Shown here one piece after another: positions 48,998-62,201 of a stretch of 64,000 nucleotides of DNA; within the stretch, counting starts at the first letter, position 1; the number at the start of each line of letters is the position of its first letter. The stretch lies in the NCBI RefSeq assembly GCF_009914755.1, contig NC_060932.1, one strand, 5' to 3'. The position numbers were made by a program, and so were the translations under genes. The DNA comes from the human T2T-CHM13v2.0 reference genome, Homo sapiens. Below the pieces are notes generated by a model. The model was not told the origin of the DNA. It made no database searches and was given only the letters and a program-made list of their open reading frames with translations.

Positions 48998-49660
48998 TGG
49001 TAGTAGCGGTGAATCCATACGGGTATGCAGCATCCTTACATCTTGCCTCCTTAGAAGAAAGAGTTCAGCTGACGGACATACGCAGAGTGAGAGACCGAGG
49101 CAAGTTTTAGAGCAGGAATGAAAGGAAGTAAAGTGGAAGATGGCCAAGCAGGCGACTTGAGAGATCAGGTGCACCGTTTGACCTTCTGACTTGGGGTTTT
49201 ATACGCTGGCATGCTTCTGGGGTCTTGCATTCCTTCTCGCCTGATTCTTTCCTTGGGGTGGGCTGTCCACATGCTCAGTGGCTTGCCAGCACTTCAAAGG
49301 GTCCGCATGCACAGTGTGTTTACTGGACGTGTACGCATGCCCACTTGAGGTATTTTTTCCCTTAGCAAATCCAGTGTTCCTAGAGGAAGGTCATCCGCCA
49401 TTTTGCCTTTTAGTGCCATGCTTGAGCCCACTTACCCAACTCCTGCGATCTTAGCCGGAAGCTGCTGATCAGCAGTTTCAGGCTCTTCCTATCTGTTGGG
49501 AGCCTGCCTTTCCCTGGTGCCAGCTGCAACCAATTATTATTTTAGAGAGACAGTTAAGGACTGCCTGTCCATCACCTGATGGTCGTCTGACATTCCTGGT
49601 TGTGGGGAAAGGGAACACTCTCCTGCCCTGCTCATGTCTGACTAGCTACCTGCTGTAACA
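48998..49660 (-). mobile_element. MER50 ERV1 solo LTR (copy 2)
   Basis: TG..CA termini; perfect TSD AAAC at 48994-48997 and 49661-49664. Confidence 0.87.
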
Positions 49661-51285
49661 AAACTAGTTTTATTTACCAAAGATTATCTTATATCAGATA
49701 AACTTGAAAACATGTTGGTTATATTTAACCATTAAATAATATATTTGGTTATATTTCTGAGTGTTTTAGCAATACTTATAAGTGTTTTTTTAAGCCAACT
49801 TAGAATAGAACTCATTTATTAATTTGGTAATACCATCATGAAGTGAGGAAATGTCACATAGGTACAACGTACATACATATATACACACATAAACATATAA
49901 AGATTTATTTATTTTAAAATTTAATTTATTTAAAGACAGAAACAGATAGAGATTATTTTAAGATTTTAGCCACAGGTCAGGTATAAATATAGAAACACAA
50001 AACTCACAAATTTATATGAGCTGGCATTTTTGTCTTTTTAAAAAAATCTGAATTGTATTTCTGGCAGATGGAACAAGAGGTTACCTGCTCAATGAGGGTT
50101 AAGGCTTTTTATCAATATTGTTGGTGGAGACTTAAAAAATTTTTTTCTTGACATAATAATTTAATGTAGACAGTAGCATTAGTCTCAGGTTATTGTTTTA
50201 GTCAACAGAAATTAAAGCCAGGTGACTTTTGGGCTGGAAATCAAAGTTATTAATATTTCCTTAGGTGTTTACATATCAAAGAGATGGCCCTCAGGTCCTT
50301 GAGAAGACAGTTTTGGGTGGTAGAATATTTTACAGCTGAAGGAGGAAGAGAAAGGATGTAAACTTTCAAGTAGTCCCTTTAAAAGGGAGTTTTCGGGCAT
50401 TTTTGTCTGTTACAGGGTTGCTGCGTATCATTGTTGTTATTATCAATTGTTATTTTCTGGGACAAACAGTAAATTCTTCTGGTAGCACTAAGCTTTGTCA
50501 AGCAGGCATTTTAAAAGTGGGGTTGGGGGGATGATTTTTGATGGGTGTGAATTTTAAGTTCTTGTCTAAATCTAATTTATGCTTGTTAATTTTGTTAAGG
50601 GAGCTATCCAGTCTAACCATGATACACTTGTTTCCTTCTTTCAACTTGATCCTCCCATAGGTAGCAATACGATGTTTATTTAGGGTGAGAGCTCTCTAAA
50701 TATCCTTTTAAACATAAAAGCTTTTTCAAATCCCAGTTCCATCATCTGGTCTTTGACAATTTAGGATCTCCAAAGGTATACGTGCTCCAAAATGTGACAC
50801 AAAACCAGTAAGACTTTTATGACTCAAAACCAATCATCCATTTTATGGTTTAACCGGGGACCAAGAGTTGTCCCCAGAGAGGGTGCAGAAGACTCTGCCC
50901 TCATGATGGAAAGTCATTCCCAAAAATAGCCAAAGAGAAAGCGAGCTGAGACCCTCATGGTCACAGGCAGCAAAAATGGTGTTTGTGAAAATGGTATCTC
51001 CAGCGTTACACAAAAGTGAGGCACCTGCAATCACAGACTTGTGGACCTGTGACACTTGGGAGGCAATACGGAGATGGGACTTTTTCAGCCCTAATAAGAC
51101 AATGAGGAAGGACAACAAGTGCCTTGTATGAGCTGAGACACTTTATTTAGACAAATTCCCCAGATTGCTGACATAGCCAGGTGGGAAATTTTGCTAGTGT
51201 TTTTTAGGGTCCTTGACTGACAGCGAGCACCTCCAGACTCAGGCCCAACCACCTGTGCTTCCCAGTGGGCAAAAACACAGACAGA

Positions 51286-51596
51286 GGTGAGGCGTGGTGG
51301 CTCAAGCCTATAATCCCAGCACTTTGGGAGGCTGAGGCAGGAGGATCACTTGAGGCCAGGAGTTGGAGACCATACTGGGCAAGATAGCAAGACCCTGTCT
51401 CTAAAAAAAATTTAAAAATTACCTGGACATGGTGGTGTACATCTGTAGTCTCAGCTACATGAAGGCGGAGGCAGGATGATTGTTTGACCCTGGGAGTTTG
51501 AAGTTACAGTAGCTATGGTCGCAACACTGCGCTCCAGCCTGGGCAAGACCTTGTCTCTTTAAAAAAGAAAGAAAGAAAAAACAAAACAAAACAAAC
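51286..51596 (+). mobile_element. AluJ
   Basis: Full diverged Alu; TSD-like CA(G/A)ACAGAG. Confidence 0.92.
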
Positions 51597-51668
51597 AGAG
51601 CATGCTGTTACTAGATCTAAGTCAAGTTCTCGGGACAGAAGGGAGGACTTCATCGAATTTCTTTTTTA

Positions 51669-52219
<551 letters not shown>

Positions 52220-52289
52220 GCAGTTTTTCAAGGGTGTACAATCTCCTACAGCATTCTATCTATTCTTTGATTAATTACCCTCAACCCAT

Positions 52290-52730
52290 TTAGCCATTAA
52301 TTTATTGAACAATGTATTAGACATCCACTTCGTTCCAAAGACTCTACTTTAGGGTTGAAAAAAACCTAGGGGTGAACCTGGCATGGTTTTTGCCCTCAAA
52401 ATTCTTACCCTATGATGGGAGAGAGGGAAGATATGTTCATGATTAAGCTCTAAGTCAGAATGGTGAAAAAAATCCTTTATAGAAGTACAAAGAATGGAGC
52501 ATGCCTCTTACTAAATAGTTGTAAGAGCGAGCAAGAGTTACTAAAGCACTTCAGGTTAAGGGGAGGCAGAGGGTAAGGCAGGTTAGTGATAGGGTACTTG
52601 TAAAATCTCCAAAGCATGAAAAATTTTCTAATGTTTTGAAGTAGCAGAATATAAAGTTTGTAGGAGACAATGTCCAAAGAAGAGACTGAAATGGTAGTTT
52701 GAAGCCAGTCTGTGAATCCATTGAATGGAA
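52290..52730 (-). mobile_element. L2 3' fragment
   Basis: ATTTATTGAACAATGTATT..GCATGGTTTTTGCCCTCAA antisense L2 end. Confidence 0.55.
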
Positions 52731-53031
52731 CACTTCACAGTTTAGTTGCCTCTTCTTGATTACAGAGACTTACAGAGGCATTTCAACTGGAAAGTGTTTG
52801 ATCTGCTTTGTTCATTTGAGGAAACAACTTTGCTGGCTGTGAAAAATGATAAACAGCATGAGGGAGAATTTGCTGGCAAAAAACAAAACAACAACAAAAA
52901 AACTAAGTTTATAATGCAACAGTCCCATTAAAGAGTAACATGAGGTGCCCTTATATACTTTTAGTGGCAATGTATAACATTTGGAAGTAACTTGGTAGTA
53001 CTTATTAATCCTTTGCAAATCTTTGCCCAAA

Positions 53032-53316
<285 letters not shown>

Positions 53317-53442
53317 TACAAAAATGTATTTATGGGGATGTTCAATGCAGTAGCAGCTCATATGTCCATTCATAGAAGATGGGTTAAACTCTGACGTAGC
53401 TAAACCAGCTAACACTTTTCAACCATTAACAAAGAATGGTAG

Positions 53443-53562
53443 AGTGGAATGTGGTGGCACATGCCTATAGTCCTAACTACTCAGGAAGCTGAGGTAGGAG
53501 GACTCCTTAAGCCCAGGAGTTTGAGGTCAACCTGGGCAATATACAATATAGTGAGGCCCTGT
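53443..53562 (+). mobile_element. FLAM_A-like monomer
   Basis: Single monomer with an internal CAATATA duplication. Confidence 0.8.
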
Positions 53563-53564
53563 AG

Positions 53565-53914
<350 letters not shown>

Positions 53915-54025
53915 TAAGGGCTATTTTTTAAGTTGCAAAACAAAAACAAAGTTTTAACAGTTGTCATTCTGATATGTAGAATTATTAGGAAACCTACACT
54001 ATTTATTTTTTATACTTGTATATAC

Positions 54026-54352
54026 TTTGTGGTTTTGTTGTTGTTTTGGTTTTTTGTTTGTTTGTTTGTGTGAGACAGAGTCTCACTCCGTCACTCAGGC
54101 TGGAGTGCAGTGGGGCAATCTTGGGTCACTGCAACCTCTACCTCCCAGGTTCAAGCAATTCTCAGGCCTCAGCTTCCTGAGTAGCTGGACTATAGGCACA
54201 CACCACCATGCCCAAATAATTTTTATATTCTTAGTAGAGATGGAGTCTTACCATGTTGGCAACGCTAGTCTCGAACTCCTGACCTCAAACGATTTACCCA
54301 CTTCAGCCTCCCAAAGTGCTGGGATCACAGGTATGAGCCACCGTGCCTGGCC
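54026..54352 (-). mobile_element. AluS
   Basis: TSD TATACTTGT(A/G)TATACTTT at 54011 and 54353. Confidence 0.95.
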
Positions 54353-54380
54353 TATACTTGTGTATACTTTGAATTGTTTC

Positions 54381-54701
54381 TTTTTTCTTTTCCTATTTTA
54401 TTTTATATTTTATTTTATTTTATTTTTTGTGACAGGGTCTGGCTCTGTCACCCAGGCTGGAGTACAGTGGTGCAATCATGACTCACTGCAGCCTCAAGCT
54501 CCTGTGCTCAGGTGATCAGCCTCCTAGGTAGCTGGGACTACAGGTGACCACCATCACACCCAGCTAATTTTTGTATTTTTTCATAGAGATGAGGTTTCAC
54601 CATGTTGCCCAGGCTGGTCTCAAATTCCCAGGCTCAAATGAACCTCCCACCTGGGCCTCCCAAAGTGCTGGGATTACAGGTGTGAGTCACCACATCCGGC
54701 C
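54381..54701 (-). mobile_element. AluJ
   Basis: TSD TGAATTGTTTCT at 54370 and 54702. Confidence 0.93.
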
Positions 54702-54769
54702 TGAATTGTTTCTATTATTCACATATAACTTTGTAATCTTAAAAAAAATACTTAAGACTTTAAAACAAA

Positions 54770-55078
54770 GATGATTAGAGCCTGGATTAAGCTAGTGTCG
54801 GCAGCCTGAGGAGGGAAGGTTTTGGATGCCATTGCCAAAGTAGATTGAAGAGGAATTGGAATTTGAGGGATGCAGGTGATTAAAGGAGAGGGGGAAGAGT
54901 CAAAGGTGACACTCACATTTCTAGCTTGGTAAATTGGTTGTTTGTTTATTCCATTAATAGAAATAGAGAAAAGAGACAGCAGAGGAGGGCTTCATTGAGG
55001 AGGATGACTTTGTTAGTTTCATTTTGGATTTAAGTCTGAGGGTCCTGAAAAGGCAGCTATATGTTTGGCTTGAACCTC
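54770..55078 (-). mobile_element. L2 fragment
   Basis: GGAAGAGTCAAAGGTGAC..TTTCTAGCTTGG..CCATTAATAGAAATAG..AGTTTCATTTTGGA. Confidence 0.65.
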
Positions 55079-55405
55079 TCCACTTTCCACCTTCTCAGTA
55101 ATTCATTAATATTTTGGATGTCCTAGCCTGTTGATGTGTGTGTACTGGAGGTGGTGGTGGTGGGAGCTAATATGTTTAGAAGTTAACATTTCATCTGTCT
55201 TTATCCTTTTACTCTCCTTTCATTCAGACCCTACAATTATTGCTACAGGGAAGAAATGTGGCCTTGCCTGTGAAAATCTAGTTTTTGGAATTTTTTTTGC
55301 TTGTTTTCCCCCTAAAATTTAGCTCCAAAAGAGAGAAGATTCTTAACTAGTGGAAAAAATGTCTTGGTCAGAAACAGGAGAAAGAACATAGCTATCCTAG
55401 ACAAA

Positions 55406-55438
<33 letters not shown>
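55406..55438. repeat. (AAT)11 microsatellite, followed by a purine-rich tract to ~55525
   Basis: Directly visible. Confidence 0.95.
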
Positions 55439-55525
55439 CATAAAAGCAAGGGAGGGAGGGAGAAAGGGAAAGAAAGAGAGACAGAAAGAAAAAAGAAAGA
55501 AAAGACAGGAAAGGAAAGAAAGGAG

Positions 55526-55694
55526 GGCTAGGCATATTGCCTCGTGTCTATAATCCCAGCACTTTGAGAGGCTGAGGCAGAAGGACTGCTTGAGCACAGG
55601 AGGTCAAGGCTGCAGTGAGCCATGTTTGTGCTGCTGCACTCTAGCATAGGTAACATAGGGAGACCCTGTTTCAAAAAAATAAAAAATAAAAAAA
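55526..55694 (+). mobile_element. Alu monomer (left/right fusion or FRAM-like)
   Basis: CCCAGCACTTTGAGAGG continues into AAGGCTGCAGTGAGCC; A-rich tail. Confidence 0.85.
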
Positions 55695-56610
55695 GGAGGA
55701 AAGGAAGAAAATTCCAGTAGAATAAAGAAAAAAGGAAAAAGAACAATATTTACAAGTACCTGCAGAGAGAAGGTGAGAAGATGAAGACCTGTTTTCTACT
55801 TTTTTGGGCAGCACTGCTAAAGAAATAAAAAAGTACCCAGAAGTCGCAGGACTCTAATAAAATGGAACATCACCTCTATTCCTGCCTGTTCTTTGGAGGA
55901 GTAGAAGGTGAGGAAATGGGGAAGTGCAGGATGAGTGATTCTGGAGAAGACATGGCTGTGCTCATGTTGGGCTGATGATGTCACTGATAACTAAAACAAA
56001 GGGCTCAGCCAGGCACCCAGAAGCCTCAGGGCCACCGCACCCTAAGGACCATGCAGGCTGAGACAGGACTCTTTTCAGTAATCCGGAAGATGGCTCCACC
56101 CTCTCTAGTCCAGGCCATACCCTGGGCCATACCCTTAGCAGTGCTACCCAAAAAAGTAAAAAACAGGTCTTCGTCTTCTCAACTTCTCTCTCCAGGTTCT
56201 TATAAACATTGTTCTTTTTCCTTTTTTCTGTATTCTGTTGGAATCTTCCTTTCTTTCTTTCTTTCCTTTTTTTTTTTTTTTTTCTGAAGCAGGGTCTCCC
56301 TATTTTTTTCCATGCCATACCCTGAAAAAAATCTCTGGGGAGAGGATCCCAAAGAGACAAAGGCTAATTTTCTCACCATGCTTATAGATTAGGGGCTTTG
56401 AGAAAATGAGGGTATGTTTTTAAAGTATTTTAATAGTGGACTGATCTATTTTACCTCCTGGACCAGATGAAATGGGAACTGTTCCAATTCATGGAGCAAC
56501 CAGACATACATGTTCAAATAATTATGAAAAACATACAACAGATATTTATCAACAAATACATCAGTAAACAAACTTACATGACCCTGCTTGGCCATCACTG
56601 TTTCTTTTCA

Positions 56611-56671
56611 ACACACACACACACATTTACAAATACATATATATGTGTGTGTGTGTGTCTGTCTGTCGATA

Positions 56672-56720
<49 letters not shown>
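56611..56720. repeat. Compound microsatellite (AC)7..(GT)7..(AT)20
   Basis: Directly visible; pure (AT)20 at 56681-56720. Confidence 0.95.
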
Positions 56721-56727
<7 letters not shown>

Positions 56728-57808
56728 ATAAATAGGTAAGAGCTGCTTATAGCCCTGAATCCCCACAGAAAACCCCGTCTGTCTTTAGTTTCATGAAAGC
56801 ATTGTACTTTTTCTCATTATTTTTCAGACCATCACAGACACTTCTGATCAGTGTTCCACTTAAGCTTAGCCCCAAATACACAGAGGAATTTTATACTGAA
56901 AGTTAAAGAAGCGACAGTAGTTAGATTATCTCATGCCTCCTAGATTGGCTGGCTTTGAGCACTTTTTCAAAGTGTGTACCAACTAGGGTTTGTCCACCAA
57001 GTTGCAATGGCTTGTATTTGAGTCAGCCATACGTGCTCATGGATAAAAACAATAAGAACTCTTTATTAATATAAATATACTCTGTGAAGGCAAAGATGTG
57101 CTTTAAAGGAAATTTCTGAGCATGTGAGAAGTAGATGAGTTACATGAGGTTAGGAGCATGCAGCTGTGACCCTAAATGGGGAGAATACAGCCCCAGGGAG
57201 CTGTGATGCACGGCCACTGGGAAGCTAATGAAATGGGCAGAGCCAGGACCAGTGGGGTAGAATTAAGGCAGAAGCTTCCCTCTTGTGCTGGACATTGTGC
57301 TGGTCTCTTTCCTGCCCAGCACATGCCAGGTAGGAGGCTATAATGTGATCATGGGTCATTCCATGCCACAGGAATGGATTGGCCTGAGCTGGCCTTCTTC
57401 ATAATCCAGGAATAAGGAGAAGAAAGAGGTAGGACAGAAGATGGTCCTTTATGGGGGATGAGGGGGATGGAGGGGGGAAGCTTCTAGAGGAATTGGAATT
57501 TTCACAGAAAGACATTTCTGCTTAGATACTAATACAGACGTACATATTTGGACAATATACATGTAGAATAAAAATTATTTGAATTACTTCAACAATTATG
57601 CCTACTTTTCAAAAGGCTTTGACATCAGCTATATAATTTAGCCATTTGGCAATATTAATCATAACTTACTAAACTAAATTTGACATTGGGATAACAGAAT
57701 GGTAAAATGCAAACTGAAATCATAGCTTTATGATCACATGAATTTCCTTCAACAGCTGTTCACTGTTATTACTACTTATACCTTTGTTAGCATTCCAAGA
57801 GGATCTGA

Positions 57809-58063
57809 TAATCATAGCTAGCATTGATTGAGCAATTATTATATACCAGACATTCTTCTAAGTGCCATTATCTCATTTACCCTACATAACAACCTTATAT
57901 GGTAAGTATCTTTTCCTAGTGCCTTTTATTGATGACATGAATGAGGCACAGAAAAAATAGGTAACTTGTTCAAGTCCACACAGCTAGTTAGTGGAAGAGC
58001 AGGAATTGAATCCAGGCAGGGTGGTTTCAATACTTCAGTCTTAGACATAATACCATATTGCCT
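57809..58063 (-). mobile_element. MIR, near full length
   Basis: TGAGGCACAGA..GGTAACTTGTTCAAGTCCACACAGCTAGT..GGAATTGAATCCAGGCAG. Confidence 0.85.
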
Positions 58064-58493
58064 TCCTGGTACAATGGATGCTTTACGTAGGAGGTGTTAT
58101 AGGGAGAAATTCCCACATTTTCCTTTTTATACTTGTATATTGTTTGAATTTGTTTATAATAAGGATACATCTCTTTTGTAACTTGAAAACCACAAAGAAG
58201 AAATAGAACAATAACCCCATTCCTTTAAAAATAGCATTGCAGTAGCTATTTCAGGTAGTGAGATATCAAACTGGTTTTAACTTTTTTGTTTATTTGTTTT
58301 AGTTTTAAGAATATCCAAACAAAGACGGATACATGTGAAAACTTGGGACAGTAAAATTGTGACCTTTCTATAAAGACAAAGAGGTAGGAATCAAGCCAAA
58401 GTGAGATTAGGATAATGTCAGGTCTTAGTACTCTATTCTGCATAATAGTTTATTTTAGGTAATTCTCTATATTGGTTGGCTTGCTGAAGCTGG

Positions 58494-58546
58494 TGTGTGT
58501 GTGTGTGTGTGTGTATGCGTGTGTGCGTGTGTGTGTGTGTGTGTGT
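58494..58546. repeat. Interrupted (TG)n microsatellite
   Basis: Alternating purine-pyrimidine run of ~53 bp. Confidence 0.95.
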
Positions 58547-60764
58547 ATAAAAAATCTTTTTAGTCGTTCTTTTTTATTTGTGCTTCTCAACATGCTTAAG
58601 CAAGTGATATCTTTCCATATAAGGGGCAAAAGAATTTGGGGCTGTGAGGCAGGCTGACAAAGAGGAAATATATCCTGTCTAAGCAAGCAAGAAAAAGGGA
58701 AAGGAGTGAAAATTCTTGCAACATTTAGCTCTTCCGAAAAAAAAAAAAAAGTGGTCATGATTTCTCCTATAGTAGTTGATTTGTCACTTTACACAAAAGG
58801 CCTAGAAACATATCCATTATAGATATGCCTCCTTGGGGCTCAGCCTCTATCTGTCAAGTAGGGGTAATGGGTCAATGGAATTGATTATGTGATCTATAAA
58901 CTTTGTTCCAGCTTTACCATATTGTGAATTTTGAGGTTTGGTCAATGAATATGCAAATCCAACCAGAAGTATCATTGGATACAAAAGTATCCGTATCATT
59001 TTTGAGAATAAAATTTCCAACAGCATTTTTATATATATCAGTGAAGATCTGTGTCACAAAACAAAACTTTATGAAATAGGAAATAATCTGGCTGATCTTT
59101 GACAGTACAAAATTTGACATTCCAAGTCAAATTTTATGTTTAGGTAGAATAGGGAAGTATTGGTTTTGCAGTTTTACCATATCAACACATATAATATTTC
59201 TGCATAGAAAAACGGACCATCTAAATGGGAAAGGGGAGAGCCAACTAGTGGGTAAAATGCTGTAACAGTATTTTAATGCTCAAGGCCCAATTATGACTTG
59301 AAGATGTTGTTGTACTGATTAGCAATACTAACTGAAAATTTTTCTAACAGGTTCATAACCTAAGTATTTTCCAGCTATATACTGTTGGTCTCAGGGATTG
59401 GCAAAGCTGAATCAGAACACTTCTTTGCCAAGACTTGTCTGCAAATTCTTAACCTTTTTTTGTTTGCCAAGAACAAAGAAAAATTGTTGTAAACTTAGCT
59501 GCTGCTGTAACATATGAGCAGTCTTTTCCGAAAATGCAAATTAGACAAACAAGAATCATTACATCATTTGCAGAAATGCAGTTACATTTGGTTTCTGCTA
59601 TTGTGTGTGTATATATATATATGTATATATATTACTTTCATATCTTACTTGATACCTTTTGTAGTGCTTTACCATTTTCAAAGCACTTGCATATGTGTCG
59701 TATTATTTGATCTTTTCTGAGATCCAAAGTTTTTAACATGCTTCATGCTTGAAAACTTTGATACTTCAATTTATATGATGCATGTAACATACAACAAATG
59801 TTTTGATTATGGTTGTATGGAAAATTCTTATTATATCCCCAAATATAGGTTACACATTTTGGCAAAGTAAGCAGTTATTGATTTTTATTGCCACATGAAC
59901 TGGATTTTCAAATATTACCAAATGCATGTGTTTTTGTTTTTGTTTTTAATACAAAAACATCATCTAATGGATAGTGATTTATGCCAGTATGTAGGAAATA
60001 AGCAAGTATTTTGGGTCAGGTGGATTACTGCTGAAGCTTTGATTAGGCTTGAAAATTTGATACACTGGAAAGCTAACTGTTACCCTATAGATTACTAACA
60101 AACTCATTGCTTCAAATAAAACTGTTATTGATTGTTCAGATTAAAAAAATAATGTCGACTTTTGTTTTAGATTCAGGGGGTACATGTGTAGGTTTGTTAC
60201 ACAAATATATTGCATAATGCTGAGGTTTGGGGTATGAATGGTCCCATCACCCAGGTAATGCAAGCAACATGATTTTATTCTTTTTTATGACTGTGTAGTA
60301 TTCCATGGTGTATACATATCACATTTTCTTTATCCAATCCACTGTTTATGGGCACATAGGTTGAGTCCATGTCTGCTATTGTGAATAGTGCTGCAATGAA
60401 CACGTAAGTGTGTGTGTCTTTTTGGTAGAATGATTTATTTTCCTTTGGATATATACTTAGTAATGGAATTGCTGTGTTGAATAGTAGTTTTAAGTTCTTT
60501 GAGAAATTTCCAAACTGCTTTTCACAGTGGCTGAACTAATTTAGATTCCCCTCAACAGTGTATAAGCATTCCCTTTTCTCCACAGCCTCGCCAGCATCTA
60601 TTATTTTTTGACTTCTTTTCTGACTGGTGTGAGGTGGTATCTCTTTGTGGTTTTGAATTGCATTTCTTTGATGATTAGTGATGTTGAGAATTTTTTTCAT
60701 ACGTTTGGTAGCTGCTTGTATGTCTTCTTTTGAGAAGAAGTGTCTGTTCATGTCCTTTGCCCAG

Positions 60765-61062
60765 TTTTTTTGTTTTGTTTTGTTTTGAGACAGGGTCTCG
60801 CTCTGTTTCCCAGACCAGAGTGCAGTGGTGTGATCAGCTCACTGCAGCCTCAAATTCCTGGCTGAAGCAATCCTTTCACCTCAGCCCCCAAATAGCTGGA
60901 ACTACATATGTGTGCCAACACACCCAGCTCATTAAAAAAAATTGTAGAAACAAGGACACAGTATGTTGCCTGGGCTGGTCTCAAACTTCTGAGCTCAATG
61001 ATCCTCCCACCTTAGCCTCCAGAAGTGTTGGGATTACAGGCATAAGCCACTATGCTCAGGCC
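60765..61062 (-). mobile_element. AluJ
   Basis: TSD TTTGC(C/T)CA(G/C)TTTT at 60756 and 61063. Confidence 0.93.
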
Positions 61063-61593
61063 TTTGCTCACTTTTTAATGGGGTTATTTGTTTTTTGTTT
61101 ATTGATTTAAGTTCTTTATAGAATCTTGATATTAGACCTTTGCCCACTGCTTAGTTTGCAAATATTTTCTCCCATTCTGTAGGTTGTCTGTGTACTCTGT
61201 CAATTGTTTCTTTTCCTGTGCAGAAGCTCTTCAGTGTAATTAGGTCCCACTTGTCAATTTTGTTTTTGTTGCAATTGCTTTTGAGGACTTAGCCATAAAT
61301 TATTTGCCAAGGCCAATGTACAGAATGGTATTTCCTGGGTTTTCTTCTAGGATTTTAAAAGACTGGGATCATATGTTTAAATATTTAATTCATCTTAATT
61401 TTTGTATATGGTGAAAGGCAGCAGTCCAATTTTTCTTCTGCATATGGCTAGCTAATTATCCCAATACCATTTATTGAATAAGGAGTCATTTCCCCATTGC
61501 TTATTTTTGTCGACTTTGTCAAAGATCCGATGGCTGTAGGTGTGCAGCTTTATTTCTGGGTTCTTTATTCTGTTCCATTGGTCTATGTGTCTG

Positions 61594-61644
61594 TTTTTGT
61601 ATCATTACCATGCTGTTTTTGTATCATTACCATGCTGTTTTTGT
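61594..61644. repeat. 22-bp tandem duplication inside the L1
   Basis: TTTTTGTATCATTACCATGCTG x2, then TTTTTGT. Confidence 0.95.
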
Positions 61645-62161
61645 TACTGTAGCCTTATAGTATAGTTTGAAGTTCAGTGATATGATGCCTCTGGCTTTGT
61701 TCTTTTTGCTTAGGATTGCTTTAGTTATTCAGGCTCCCTTTTGGATCCATATGAATTTTAGAATAGCTTTTCTAATTCTGTGAAAAATGATGTTGGTAGT
61801 TTGGTAAGAACAGCATTGAGTCTATAGATTGCTTTGGGAAATACGGCCATTTTAATGATATTAATTCTTCCAATCCATGAACATGGAATGTTTTTCCATT
61901 TGCTTGTGTCATCTGTTTGTTTCTTTCAGCAATGTTTTATAGTTCTCTTTGTAGGTATCTTCCATCTCCTTGCTTAGATTTATTCCTAGGAATTTTAACT
62001 TTTGTGTGGCTATTATAAATGGCATTGCATTCTTGATTTGGCTCTCAGCTTGCTGACTGTTCAGATTATTGTTTTATAAAAGCCACAAAAATGTTCCATT
62101 AGCTAAAAGTCACGTTTCTTAGTTAATAGAAGTCATAGTACATAAGAAGGTAAGAGTGTCA

Positions 62162-62201
62162 AATTATTACTAGTTGTGAATGAATTATTACTAGTTGTGA
62201 A
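62162..62201. repeat. 19-bp direct repeat (21-bp period)
   Basis: AATTATTACTAGTTGTGAA at 62162-62180 and 62183-62201. Confidence 0.95.

Larger units (their letters stand above)
60144..62053 (-). mobile_element. L1PA15/16-like LINE-1, 5'-truncated, split by an AluJ
   Basis: 3' end TTTTAGATTCAGGGGGTACATG; ORF2 C-terminal remnant (ORF 60536-60751, MNRHFFSKEDIQAA..); TSD TGA(T/C)TGTTCAGATTA at 60129-60143 and 62054-62068. Confidence 0.9.

Noticed and set aside
56286-56326. Short similarities to 5S rRNA (AAGCAGGGTC, GCCATACC..CTGAA)
   Set aside because: Only ~10-nt matches, in the wrong order; not a 5S pseudogene.
57453-57477. G-rich tract as a G-quadruplex (also 37851-37874)
   Set aside because: Only three G3+ runs; does not meet the canonical pattern.
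60536-60751. ORF with L1 ORF2 similarity as a functional CDS
   Set aside because: A frameshifted fragment of a 5'-truncated, Alu-interrupted L1.
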